A DNA stretch of 64,000 nucleotides from an uncultured Clostridia bacterium (GCA_947630425.1 CANRHN010000003.1:2824-66823), one strand, 5' to 3'; shown: positions 18,503-27,669, counted from the first letter of the stretch. A program made the numbers and translations. Notes: generated by a model not told the origin, from the sequence alone.

Positions 18503-21412
18503 ATGAGAGAAAATTACGGCAGAGCCAACGTCAAGGCTCTGAAACAGCTCAAAAAAATTCTCAATCTTGTCAACGAAAAGGAGTCTGTCTACCACGGCAT
18601 GTCGGACTCCGAGTTGTCGGGACAAACGCAGCTGCTCAAGCAACGCTATCAAAATGGCGAAACGTTGGACGAGTTGTTGCCCGACGCCTACGCCGTGTGC
18701 CGAGAGGCGGCATGGCGCACGCTCGGACAGCGGCATTTCGACGTGCAGGTCATGGGCGGTATCGCTTTGCATCAGGGACGTATTTGCCAGATGGCAACAG
18801 GCGAAGGCAAAACGCTTACGGAAACGCTCCCCGCCTACCTCAACGCTTTGACGGGCAACGGCGTACACATCGTCACCGTCAACGAGTACCTTGCCAAGCG
18901 CGATATGGATTGGATGGGGCAGGTGTTCCGTTTTCTCGGTCTTACCGTCGGCGTGACCCTTTCTCAACAGGAATTCGAGGACAAAAAAGCCGCCTACTCC
19001 TGCGATATCACCTACGGCACAAACAGCGAGTTCGGCTTTGACTACCTTCGCGACAACATGGCTACCGCGCGCGAGCAATGCGTGCAACGCGGGCTTAATT
19101 TTGTCATCGTGGACGAAGTGGACAGCATTTTGATAGACGAGGCACGCACTCCGCTCATCATCAGCGGACGGGGCGACAAGCCCGGCGACGAGTACATTCG
19201 CGCAAGGGACTTTGTTGTGCGCCTGCAAAAGTCCACCAACGTGGACGCAGAGGGCAACCTCGAAGGAGAAAACGACCGTCTTGCTCGTTTTACCAAGTCC
19301 AACTCGGACGAAGAACCAAACGGCGACTACGTTGTGGACGAAAAGAACCGCAGCGTGCGTTTGACGGACAGAGGCGTCAAAAAGGCGGAGCTGTACTACA
19401 AGGTGGAAAACCTTTCCTCGCCGGAAAACACCGAAATCAACCACTATATCAACAACGCGCTGCACGCGCACGCTTTGATGAACAAAGGCGTGGACTACAT
19501 CGTGGAAAAGGGCAAAGTCATCATCGTAGACAATTTTACGGGTCGCAAAATGGAGGGCAGACGCTTTTCCAACGGCTTGCATCAGGCAATCGAGGCAAAG
19601 GAAAGGGTTACGATCCAATCCGAGGACAAGACGATTGCAACCATCACCTTGCAAAACTACTTCCGTCTTTATCACAAAATGAGCGGCATGACGGGTACTG
19701 CCAAAACGGAAGAAAAGGAATTCAACACCATTTACAACGTGGACGTGGTGGTCATTCCCACCAACAAGCCCGTCATCAGAATTGACTACGACGATCAGTT
19801 CTACATGACGAACGAGGGCAAACTGCGCGCCATAGTAAAGAAAATTCAGGAGTGTCACGAACACGGGCAGCCCGTGCTGGTGGGTACAACAAGCGTGGAA
19901 AAGAGCATTGCGCTTGCCCGTCGCTTAAAGGACAGCGGCGTTACCAACAAGGAAGTGGTGACGTTGCTCAACGCCAAGTCGGACGAGGAAAAGGAAGCGC
20001 TTGCCATTGCCAAGGCGGGCATGCCCGGCAACATCACCATCGCCACCAACATGGCAGGCAGAGGAACGGACATTCTGTTGGGCGGCGGCGACCCCGTACC
20101 TTTGGCAAAGGAAGAATTCCGTCGCACAATGAAGCAACGCTATCGTCAGTCGGAAAAGGACAACGCGGTTGTGGAGCAAAAGGTAAACGAGGCGTTGGAG
20201 GCGGCGTTGTCGGACAGAACGGACTCCTTTGCCGAGGAGTGCCGTCGCACCTACAAGGAGTTTTACGATCGTTACGCCGAAGAGTTCAAGCAAAACAGGC
20301 AAAAGGTGTTGGACGCGGGCGGACTGTTTGTCATCGGTACCGAGCGTCACGAGGCGCGCCGTATTGACGATCAGCTGCGCGGACGTGCCGGACGTCAGGG
20401 CGACCCGGGAGCAAGCATGTTCTTTGTGTCTGCCGAGGACGACATGATACGCGTTTTCGGCGGCGATATGCTTCAGCGCACAATGATGTTTTTGCATTTC
20501 GACGAGGACGCGCCCGTTGTGTCGCGAATGATCACTCGCATAGTGGAAAGCGCGCAAAAACGCATCGAGGGCATGCACTTTTCCGCACGTAAAAACGTGT
20601 TGCAGTACGACGACGTAAACAACCAACAGCGCAAGGTCATCTACAAGGAACGCGACCGTATTCTCGACAACGAAGAAATTCACGGCGACATTCTCGCCAT
20701 GGTGCCCGATTACGCCCGTTATGCCCTTGCCGAAGCCTGCGACAGCAACGAAAACGTCGGCGATTGGGATCTCGACAAGGTAAACAAGGTGTTGGAGGGC
20801 TTTTTCATCAACGAAGAGGACAAACCGTTGGTGACGGACGGGAATCTTGTAAGCGCGCGCCACGTTTGCGACCTGCTATGCGACCGTCTGACCGACTTTT
20901 TCAACCAACGTCTTGCGGAAGCGGGCGACGGCGCCAAGTACTACTATCAATTGGAGCGCGACGTGCTTTTGCGCACAATGGACAAGCTGTGGATGGACCA
21001 CATCGACGCGCTGGACGAATTGCGCAAGGGCGTGGGTTTGCAGGCGATCGGTCAACACGACCCCCTTTCCGTCTACAAAAAGGAAGCCTACGACATGTTT
21101 GAAAATCTCAACGAGCAAATAAAGGTGCAATCGTTGCGTAGGCTTATGCGCTATCGCGTGCGTCCCGAGCTTGTTCGCGAACAGGAAAACGTCAATTCCG
21201 AAAAGAAACTCAACGGTCCTTGCCCTTGCGGAAGCGGCAAAAAGTACAAAAACTGCTGCTATCTCAAGGATTTGGCAAAACAGCAGCAAAATTCCGAAGG
21301 CGAGCAGGAAAACCGTCCGCTCACCAAGCAGGAAATGTACGCTCTGAAACGTCAGCAACGCAAGTCGGACAAGGAACTGCAAAAAATTTCCAACCCCAAT
21401 TTACGAAAATAA
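18503..21412 (+). CDS. secA: Preprotein translocase ATPase SecA
   Basis: 969 aa. MATGEGKTL Walker A, DEVDSILIDEARTPLIIS, TNMAGRGTDI and the C-terminal zinc motif CPCGSGKKYKNCC, followed by an extra ~50-aa tail. Confidence 0.97.
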   Translation: MRENYGRANVKALKQLKKILNLVNEKESVYHGMSDSELSGQTQLLKQRYQNGETLDELLPDAYAVCREAAWRTLGQRHFDVQVMGGIALHQGRICQMATGEGKTLTETLPAYLNALTGNGVHIVTVNEYLAKRDMDWMGQVFRFLGLTVGVTLSQQEFEDKKAAYSCDITYGTNSEFGFDYLRDNMATAREQCVQRGLNFVIVDEVDSILIDEARTPLIISGRGDKPGDEYIRARDFVVRLQKSTNVDAEGNLEGENDRLARFTKSNSDEEPNGDYVVDEKNRSVRLTDRGVKKAELYYKVENLSSPENTEINHYINNALHAHALMNKGVDYIVEKGKVIIVDNFTGRKMEGRRFSNGLHQAIEAKERVTIQSEDKTIATITLQNYFRLYHKMSGMTGTAKTEEKEFNTIYNVDVVVIPTNKPVIRIDYDDQFYMTNEGKLRAIVKKIQECHEHGQPVLVGTTSVEKSIALARRLKDSGVTNKEVVTLLNAKSDEEKEALAIAKAGMPGNITIATNMAGRGTDILLGGGDPVPLAKEEFRRTMKQRYRQSEKDNAVVEQKVNEALEAALSDRTDSFAEECRRTYKEFYDRYAEEFKQNRQKVLDAGGLFVIGTERHEARRIDDQLRGRAGRQGDPGASMFFVSAEDDMIRVFGGDMLQRTMMFLHFDEDAPVVSRMITRIVESAQKRIEGMHFSARKNVLQYDDVNNQQRKVIYKERDRILDNEEIHGDILAMVPDYARYALAEACDSNENVGDWDLDKVNKVLEGFFINEEDKPLVTDGNLVSARHVCDLLCDRLTDFFNQRLAEAGDGAKYYYQLERDVLLRTMDKLWMDHIDALDELRKGVGLQAIGQHDPLSVYKKEAYDMFENLNEQIKVQSLRRLMRYRVRPELVREQENVNSEKKLNGPCPCGSGKKYKNCCYLKDLAKQQQNSEGEQENRPLTKQEMYALKRQQRKSDKELQKISNPNLRK

Positions 21413-21414
21413 CA

Positions 21415-22509
21415 ATGATTCAGATAGACGAACTTAAACTTAATATAAAACAGCTGCAGCAAAAGCTCAACGGCATAGGGGAAAGTCTCGACCTGCCCAA
21501 GCTGCGCGAGGAGCTGGGCTCTCTCACCGAACAGCAGCACAAAGCGGACTTTTGGGAAAACATCAAAAACGCCCAACAGGTAAGTCAGCGCGCCAAAAGC
21601 ATAGAGAACAAAATTACCTCTTACGAAAAGCTGTGCAAACGCCTTGCCGACGTCAACGACCTTGTGGAGCTGTGCGAAAGCGACGAGGCGTTGTTGGAAG
21701 AAACGGCTGCCGAGCTTGGGCAAATAGACATCGACGTAAACGAAATGCACGTTGCCACCTTGCTTTCGGGAAAATTCGACTCTAACAACGCCATTTGCAC
21801 GCTGCATGCGGGCGCAGGCGGCACGGAAGCTCAGGATTGGGTGCAGATGCTGTACCGAATGTACACCCGTTACTGCGAACGGCGCGGCTACAAGCTGACG
21901 GAGCTGGACTACCTTGACGGCGAGGAAGCGGGTATCAAATCCGTAACCTTCAAGGTGGAAGGGGAAAACGCGTACGGCTACCTCAAGGCGGAAAAGGGCG
22001 TTCACCGTTTGGTGCGCATTTCTCCCTTCGACGCCAACAAACGCCGTCACACCAGCTTTGCAAGCCTCGAGGTGATGCCGGAGCTGCAAACGGACAGCGA
22101 AATCGTCATCGACGACAAGGACTTGAAAATAGACACCTACCGCAGCAGCGGCGCGGGCGGACAGCACGTCAACAAGACGGAGAGCGCGATCCGCATTACG
22201 CACCTTCCCACGGGCATAGTGGTGTCCTGCCAAAACGAGCGCAGTCAAATCCAGAACCGCGAACAGGCAATGAACATGCTGCGGAGCAAGCTTGCCGAGC
22301 TTAAGGAACGGGAGCAGATGGAAGAGGCGGCCGCCATCAAGGGAGAAATAAAAAAGATAGAATGGGGTAGCCAAATCCGTTCTTACGTGTTTTGTCCCTA
22401 CACTTTGGTAAAGGACCACCGCACCAATTTTGAAAACTCCAACGTGTTGGACGTGATGGACGGAAACATTCAACCGTTTATCGAAGACTATCTTACAAAG
22501 GCAATTTGA
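21415..22509 (+). CDS. prfB: Peptide chain release factor 2 (single frame, no programmed frameshift)
   Basis: SPF (RISPFDA) and GGQ (SGAGGQHVNKTESA) motifs. ATG at 21415 is 3 nt after the secA stop. The ORF-track start at 21220 lies inside secA. Confidence 0.93.
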   Translation: MIQIDELKLNIKQLQQKLNGIGESLDLPKLREELGSLTEQQHKADFWENIKNAQQVSQRAKSIENKITSYEKLCKRLADVNDLVELCESDEALLEETAAELGQIDIDVNEMHVATLLSGKFDSNNAICTLHAGAGGTEAQDWVQMLYRMYTRYCERRGYKLTELDYLDGEEAGIKSVTFKVEGENAYGYLKAEKGVHRLVRISPFDANKRRHTSFASLEVMPELQTDSEIVIDDKDLKIDTYRSSGAGGQHVNKTESAIRITHLPTGIVVSCQNERSQIQNREQAMNMLRSKLAELKEREQMEEAAAIKGEIKKIEWGSQIRSYVFCPYTLVKDHRTNFENSNVLDVMDGNIQPFIEDYLTKAI

Positions 22510-22512
22510 CAA

Positions 22513-23358
22513 ATGAAAACACTGCTTAGACAATTTTACACGGGCGAACGGGCAATGTTTGCCGTAAACGACCTGCATTTTGAGGAATGTACCTTTGACG
22601 CGGGAGAATCGCCCTTAAAGGAAAGCTCGGGTTTGCTCATAGACCGATGTTTGTTCAAATGGAAGTACCCTCTTTGGTACTGCAACGACGTAACCGTCAA
22701 CGACAGCACATTTTTCGACATGTCGCGCGCGGGCATTTGGTACACAAACAACATCACCTTCAACAACTGCGTGGTGCAGTCTCCCAAAAATTTTCGCCGC
22801 TCGACATTCGTTACGCTCAACAACGTGGATTTGCCCAACGCCGCGGAAACGCTTTGGAATTGTTCCGACGTCACCTTGGAAAACGTAACCGCGCAGGGAA
22901 CGTATTTTGCAATGGGCTGTAAGCGTATCAAAGCCAACAACCTTGTGCTTACGGGCGACTACTGCTTTGACAGCGCGGAGGACGTGGTGCTGCACAACTG
23001 CAAACTGCTCAGCAAAGACAGCTTTTGGAATTGCCGCAATGTTACCGTGTACGACAGCTTCATTTCCGGAGAGTATCTTTGTTGGAACGCTCACAACGTC
23101 ACCCTTGTCAACTGCACATTGGAAAGCTTGCAAGGCTTGTGCTACGTGGAAAACCTCAAGCTGGTAAACTGCACTCTGCTCAACACCACGCGCGCGTTCG
23201 AGTACAGCACCGTGGACGCCACCGTTAGGGGGCACATCGACAGCGTTGTTAACCCGTCGGGCGGCAAGATAGTCGCCGACAGCATAGGCGAGCTTACGCT
23301 GGATGAGCGTTATATAGACCCGACCAAGACCGAAGTGGTCACAGCGGAGAAAAAATGA
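22513..23358 (+). CDS. DUF3737-like beta-helix repeat protein
   Basis: 281 aa. TGERAMFAVNDLHFEECTFDAGESPLKES...FKWKYPLWYCNDVTVNDS...AGIWYTNNITFNNC matches my memory of the DUF3737 family. Confidence 0.7.
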   Translation: MKTLLRQFYTGERAMFAVNDLHFEECTFDAGESPLKESSGLLIDRCLFKWKYPLWYCNDVTVNDSTFFDMSRAGIWYTNNITFNNCVVQSPKNFRRSTFVTLNNVDLPNAAETLWNCSDVTLENVTAQGTYFAMGCKRIKANNLVLTGDYCFDSAEDVVLHNCKLLSKDSFWNCRNVTVYDSFISGEYLCWNAHNVTLVNCTLESLQGLCYVENLKLVNCTLLNTTRAFEYSTVDATVRGHIDSVVNPSGGKIVADSIGELTLDERYIDPTKTEVVTAEKK

Positions 23359-24542
23359 CAAATTTCGACAAAACGGTCAATCGTCGCAACACCGATTCTC
23401 TTAAATGGAACGTGGACGAGGGCGAATTGCCCATGTGGGTGGCGGACATGGATTTTCCCACCGCACCCTGCGTTACCGAGGCTGTAGTCGCCAAGGCAAA
23501 GCGCGGAGTGTTCGGCTACGAGGAAGTGCCCGCAAGGTGGTTTGACGCTTACGTAAATTGGTGGAAAACGCGACACGGCTGGGAAATGAACAAAAATTGG
23601 CTGTGCTTTGTGACGGGCGTTGTGCCCGCTATCACAAGTTGCGTCAAAAGTCTGTCAAAGGAGGGCGACGGCGTTTGCGTGATGACGCCCGTCTACGACA
23701 TATTTTTTCATTCGATAGAAAACACCGGCAGAAAGGTGGTGGAAAGTCTCCTTGAGTACGACGGCAGAACCTACCGCATAGACTTTGACAACCTCGAAAG
23801 GTTGTTGGCTTTGCCCAACGTTTCGCTGTTGATACTGTGCAATCCGCACAACCCCGTGGGGCGCGTGTGGAGCAAAGAGGAGCTTGCAAGGGTGGGAGAG
23901 CTGTGCGCACGGCACGGCGTGACGGTAATTTCCGACGAAATTCATTGCGACCTTACCGAGCCCGACGCGGACTATGTTCCGTTTGCCTCTGCGTCACCCG
24001 TCTGCGCCGAAATTTCCGTAACCGCCATTTCCGCAAGCAAGGCGTTCAATCTTGCGGGTATGCAGTCGGCGGCGGTCGCCGTTCCCGACGAAAAACTGCG
24101 CGAAAAGGTGGTGCGCCACCTCAACTACGACGAGGTTGCCGAGCCAAACAGCTTTGCCTGCGTTGCAACGGTGGCGGCTTTTACCGAGGGAGAGCAGTGG
24201 TTGGAAGAGCTGCGAGCTTACCTTTCCGAAAACAGAAAGACCGTTTTGCGTTTTCTTTCGGAGCAGCTGCCGCAGCTTAAAGCGGTGGAACAACAGGCGA
24301 CCTACCTGCTGTGGGTGGATTGTTCGGCAATCACCGACGACTCGCAGTCTCTTTGCAATCACATTCGCCATCAAACGGGACTGTATCTCAACTGCGGCGC
24401 AAAGTACCGAGGAAACGGCAACAGCTTTGTGCGTATCAACGTGGCTTGTCCGCGCGCAACGCTCAATGACGGTTTGCAACGGTTGCGCAAAGGCATATTG
24501 AGTTTTGTTCCGACCAAACGCGAGGCGGTCGGATGGACTTGA
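23355..24542 (+). CDS. patB: MalY/PatB-family PLP-dependent C-S lyase (cystathionine beta-lyase-like aminotransferase)
   Basis: 395 aa. N-terminal FDKTVNRRNTDSLKW, the SASKAFNLAG lysine region and LCNPHNPVGRVW are class I/II aminotransferase MalY/PatB features. The last 11 codons lie inside the 254-bp repeat. Confidence 0.85.
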   Translation: MTNFDKTVNRRNTDSLKWNVDEGELPMWVADMDFPTAPCVTEAVVAKAKRGVFGYEEVPARWFDAYVNWWKTRHGWEMNKNWLCFVTGVVPAITSCVKSLSKEGDGVCVMTPVYDIFFHSIENTGRKVVESLLEYDGRTYRIDFDNLERLLALPNVSLLILCNPHNPVGRVWSKEELARVGELCARHGVTVISDEIHCDLTEPDADYVPFASASPVCAEISVTAISASKAFNLAGMQSAAVAVPDEKLREKVVRHLNYDEVAEPNSFACVATVAAFTEGEQWLEELRAYLSENRKTVLRFLSEQLPQLKAVEQQATYLLWVDCSAITDDSQSLCNHIRHQTGLYLNCGAKYRGNGNSFVRINVACPRATLNDGLQRLRKGILSFVPTKREAVGWT

Positions 24543-24762
24543 CACTCCTCAAGAAAAGAAATAGAAGCTATTTAGAAAATTTTTCAATAAAAAGGGGCAG
24601 ACACCTCTGTGCTTGGTGTCTGCGCCATCGTGACCCTACGGGCGCGTTGCGCCGCCTCGGTCGGACTACTAAGGAAGCCGCTGCACGCGGCTTCATTTTT
24701 TAGACTTAGCTGGGGGTCTTGCCCCAGCACCCCCAAGTTTGGCTGCAATCTCGGTACACGCC
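24509..24762 (+). repeat. Left copy of a perfect 254-bp inverted repeat (partner 37286-37539)
   Basis: Base-by-base comparison of 24509-24762 with the reverse complement of 37286-37539 showed no mismatch. Includes the patB 3-prime end, the hairpin GCAGACACC/GGTGTCTGC, a terminator and CTGGGGGTCTTGCCCCAG. Confidence 0.9.
24674..24701 (+). terminator. Rho-independent terminator downstream of patB (part of a repeated terminator module)
   Basis: GAAGCCGC-TGCAC-GCGGCTTC followed by ATTTTTT. The same GTCGGACTACTAAGGAAGCCGCTGCACGCGGCTTC occurs at 37347-37385 (-) and 51223-51257 (-). Confidence 0.85.
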
Positions 24763-25060
24763 GTCGTCACAACACTCGCTTGACGTTACCATTCGTGCAA
24801 GCACGAACAGTACCAACGTCGCTCGGTTGTTCCTCTCCCACCCAAGTTTCATTCTTCAACTTGTGTGGGGTCCCTGTGTGCAGACGGAATTTTCGCTTTT
24901 CCCGCTACTACGGACGAAACGTCCGTCTCCGCGCGCGAAAATTCCGAGTTAATATAGAAGTCGGCTTCTATATGTGTTTTTCTTCATGTTTGAATATTGG
25001 TTTTTTTAGTCTTTTTTTTTGACTTTTTGCCATAAAAAATAGCTTCCCTTTCGAGATGAA
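24763..25060. repeat. Mosaic repeat block RB2
   Basis: Degenerate fragment of the long-form insert (24818-24878), GCAGACGGAATTTTCGC...GGACGAAACGTCCGTCTCCGCGCGCGAAAATTCCGAG, the palindrome ATATAGAAG-TCGG-CTTCTATAT (24952-24973) and a T-rich tail. It is colinear with the reverse complement of 50960-51180. Confidence 0.85.
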
Positions 25061-25111
25061 TTCGGTAAAACAAAAATCGCCGCAGCAAGCGACGACTTTT
25101 TTTATGCACGG

Positions 25112-26335
25112 TCAGTGCGGCAATTTCTTTTGACCTTGATTGTGGCGTATCAACTGAAACACGGTAAAAAACATTCCGATGATTATGTAGCTGTAGTAGC
25201 TGAGGAAACGCCAGCTGAACACCGTCCAGAACAGCGCGCCGCTGCTCAAGGTGGTAAGCGCAAACATAAACGCGCTTTCCACCGCTCCGGAGTTGCCGGG
25301 GGTAGGCACAATCATTGCGCTCATCTGCGCGTACACGTTCAGCGTCATAATTTCCAACATCAGCTCCCAACCGGGGGTAACGGCAGGTCCACCCAAAGCC
25401 ACAACAACAAAGTAGGGCAACATCATGGAAATGAAGGGCTCGGCAATGCACAGCAGGGCAAGCGCAAGAGAGTAGAGGGGGCGTTTTATCATGGAGAGGA
25501 ACGCCGCCACAAAATCGTTTACGGCTTTTTTGCCCCGAGTCATGTTGCCCTCGATGTCCTTTACAATTTTCAGTTTGTGTCCTATTTTAAGAACGCCGCG
25601 CGTGACAGCCCACGTCATTTTGGGGAACACAGCGCAACTGAGTATAAGCAGCGGAAGCGCGCAATTGACGGCAAATCCGATCCAACCGCCCGCAACAAGC
25701 CAATTGCGTTGCGCCTCGTCCGCCACGCGCACCGTCAGCACGTCGCGTTTTAGCAGCATCAGCAAAAAGCATATCGTCAGCCACATCGTCATGTTAAAGG
25801 CAAATTTTATAAAAATTATCGCCGAGGCTTCGCCGCCGCCGACGCCCTTTTTGTGGAGTTGGTAAATTTGCATGGGCTGACCGCCGCTGCTGAAGGGCGT
25901 AATGTTGTCGTAGTACTTGCCCAACAGGCAGACGGACAGCGCAGTCCCGAACCCCGCCTTGGTGCGATTTGCTCTCATAATAACAACGTACTTGAGAGTA
26001 TCCAAAATTATCATTGCGCACAAAGCACACAACGAAAGCACAAGGTACTTGACGTTGACTTCGGAAAAGACTTCCTTAAACGTTTTTTGACTGCCGAGGT
26101 CGTTGCTGCTTGCAAAACTGTACATCAGGTACACGGCAAGAGCAATGCTCATCACAAAAAATATATTGCCCCAAATGCGCGGCTTTTTTTGCGGAAGCTC
26201 GTTACCGTTGCGCTTGGCTTTGGTGCGCTTGACGTTTTCCAAGGCAAGGTAGACAATTATCACCCATTCGGCAATTACAACGGTGATCAGCAGCCAAAAA
26301 ATATCGGGGAGCGTTGTTTGCAGTAAAAGCGTCAT
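25112..26335 (-). CDS. Lysylphosphatidylglycerol-synthase TM-region (flippase-like, UPF0104) family membrane protein
   Basis: Polytopic membrane protein with the PFSSGGQPMQ motif typical of LPG_synthase_TM. The ORF opens with TTG at 26356. ATG at 26335 (MTLLLQ...) with GAGGG upstream is preferred. Confidence 0.75.
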   Translation of the reverse strand: MTLLLQTTLPDIFWLLITVVIAEWVIIVYLALENVKRTKAKRNGNELPQKKPRIWGNIFFVMSIALAVYLMYSFASSNDLGSQKTFKEVFSEVNVKYLVLSLCALCAMIILDTLKYVVIMRANRTKAGFGTALSVCLLGKYYDNITPFSSGGQPMQIYQLHKKGVGGGEASAIIFIKFAFNMTMWLTICFLLMLLKRDVLTVRVADEAQRNWLVAGGWIGFAVNCALPLLILSCAVFPKMTWAVTRGVLKIGHKLKIVKDIEGNMTRGKKAVNDFVAAFLSMIKRPLYSLALALLCIAEPFISMMLPYFVVVALGGPAVTPGWELMLEIMTLNVYAQMSAMIVPTPGNSGAVESAFMFALTTLSSGALFWTVFSWRFLSYYSYIIIGMFFTVFQLIRHNQGQKKLPH

Positions 26336-26599
26336 CTTTCGTGTCCCTCGAATCAATGTGCAACCGTTGAGTTGTGCGTGTAAAGTGTTTTCATGCGTTG
26401 CGTTTGTTTGCTCAATCTGTTTGTGACGGGTTGCAAGCGGTCTTTACGTTAAAGACCACACTTATGTAATTATAACACAAATTCCTTTCCAATGCAATGT
26501 TTTTTGAGCAAACGCCGCCGCTGTAGCGGTGGTTTTGAACACATTTTTGCGGCGCAGGTATATTTTCAAAAAAATTTGAAAAAATTTTAGAAAAAAGTA

Positions 26600-26627
26600 T
26601 TGACAAATCTCAACAGTGTGGTATAAT
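26600..26627 (+). promoter_or_regulatory. Promoter of hsp20
   Basis: TTGACA (26600-26605), 16 nt, TGgTATAAT extended -10 (TATAAT at 26622-26627). Confidence 0.75.
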
Positions 26628-26628
26628 G

Positions 26629-26655
26629 TTAGCAGTCGAACGGGAAGAGTGCTAA
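26629..26655 (+). promoter_or_regulatory. CIRCE operator (HrcA binding site)
   Basis: TTAGCAGTC-N9-GAGTGCTAA versus the consensus TTAGCACTC-N9-GAGTGCTAA (one mismatch). Immediately downstream of the -10 box. Confidence 0.8.
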
Positions 26656-26724
26656 CAATCAAAACACAAGATTGCCAAACACTTCCGCCGCGACCCTACA
26701 AAATCAAAAAAAGGAGATTTTACC

Positions 26725-27129
26725 ATGAAAAACTATATGACCACTCACAGAAACAACGATCTTTTCGACGAGGCTATTGACAGCTTTTTCCGTCCCTTCT
26801 ATGTGGACAGCGATTCCACTTTTATGAAAACGGACATCAAGGAAACGGACAAGGACTACGTTTTGGACGTGGAAATGCCCGGTCTTGAAAAAAAGAACAT
26901 CAGCCTCAAGTATGAAAGCGGTTACGTAACCATTTCCGCCAAAAAAGAGGAGCGCGAGGAGGAAGGCAAGTACCTTCGCCGCGAACGCGCCACAAGCTAT
27001 TCTCGCAGCTACTACATGGGCGACGTGGACGAAAAGCAGATCAAAGCCAAGTATGAAAACGGCGTTTTGACCGTGACCGTTCCCAAGGATCGTCCCGAAG
27101 AAGTCAAGCATCAAATCAACATTGACTGA
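26725..27129 (+). CDS. Hsp20/alpha-crystallin family small heat-shock protein
   Basis: 134 aa. The alpha-crystallin domain pattern (DIKETDKDYVLDVEMPGLEKKNISL...ENGVLTVTVPK) is typical of Hsp20. Confidence 0.92.
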   Translation: MKNYMTTHRNNDLFDEAIDSFFRPFYVDSDSTFMKTDIKETDKDYVLDVEMPGLEKKNISLKYESGYVTISAKKEEREEEGKYLRRERATSYSRSYYMGDVDEKQIKAKYENGVLTVTVPKDRPEEVKHQINID

Positions 27130-27156
27130 TTGAATACAACTCCTCCTTCTGTTAAA

Positions 27157-27201
27157 GCAAGCCCCCCGTTTGTCTTTGTGATGAACGGGGGCTTGTTTTT
27201 T
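27157..27201 (+). terminator. Rho-independent terminator of hsp20
   Basis: GCAAGCCCCCCGTT-loop-AACGGGGGCTTG followed by TTTTTT. Confidence 0.85.
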
Positions 27202-27204
27202 CGC

Positions 27205-27412
27205 TTGGGTATTCGCCGCAAAACGGGCTTCGCTTCGGGCTACGCCCTCGTTGCAGATTGTTTTGCGTGCGAACACCCGCGCTCCCTGTTGAACAAGGTT
27301 GGGGGTGTACCTCTTCGTAGGAGTGTGTAGCAAGCTTACAGCTGTTCCAAAAGCCTTCTCTTGAGGACGCAAGAGAAGGGGGACCGCCGAACGGCGGTGG
27401 ATGAGTTTCGAC
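27205..27412 (+). repeat. Mosaic repeat block RB3 (composite unit ending in a short core module)
   Basis: GGTATTCGCCGCAAAACGGGCTTCGC, GTTGCAGATTGTTTTGCGTGCGAACACCCGCGCTCC (27251-27286), TGTTGAACAAGGTTGGGGGTGT, CTTCGTAGGAGTGTGTAGCAAGCTTACAGCTGTTCCAAAAG, then the core module at 27354-27412. Confidence 0.9.
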
Positions 27413-27470
27413 ACATAGGATTACTCATAAGAGGAGAAGTGGCGTAGCGACGAAGTTTCGCTTTTCATTT

Positions 27471-27585
27471 GCAGCAAAACCGAAGCAAAACCGAAGCGAA
27501 ATCGAAGCAAAACGTAAGCAAAATCGAAGCAAAATCGAAGCGAAATCGAAGCAAAACCGAAGCAAAACCGAAGCAAAACCGAAGC
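27471..27585. repeat. Tandem repeat, 11-nt unit x10 (GAAGCAAAACC and variants)
   Basis: Read directly: GCAGCAAAACC GAAGCAAAACC GAAGCGAAATC GAAGCAAAACG TAAGCAAAATC GAAGCAAAATC GAAGCGAAATC GAAGCAAAACC x3. The unit is not a multiple of 3. Confidence 0.95.
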
Positions 27586-27669
27586 TAATGTAAATGATAA
27601 TGAAAATGGTAATGATAATGTTAATGTAAACGAGAGTGAGAATGAAAATGAAAATGAAAACGAAAATGC
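27586..27669. repeat. Tandem repeat, 6-nt unit x14 (TAATGT/AAATGA/GAATGA...)
   Basis: Read directly. Contiguous with the 11-mer array. There is no start codon after the in-frame TAA at 27515 on the + strand. Confidence 0.9.

Noticed and set aside
21415-21500. Programmed +1 frameshift site in prfB
   Set aside because: I looked for the usual short first ORF ending in CTT TGA. The gene is a single uninterrupted frame from ATG 21415 (MIQIDELKLNIKQLQQKLNGIGESLDLPKLREEL...). Absence of the frameshift is known in a minority of bacteria, so it is not treated as novel.
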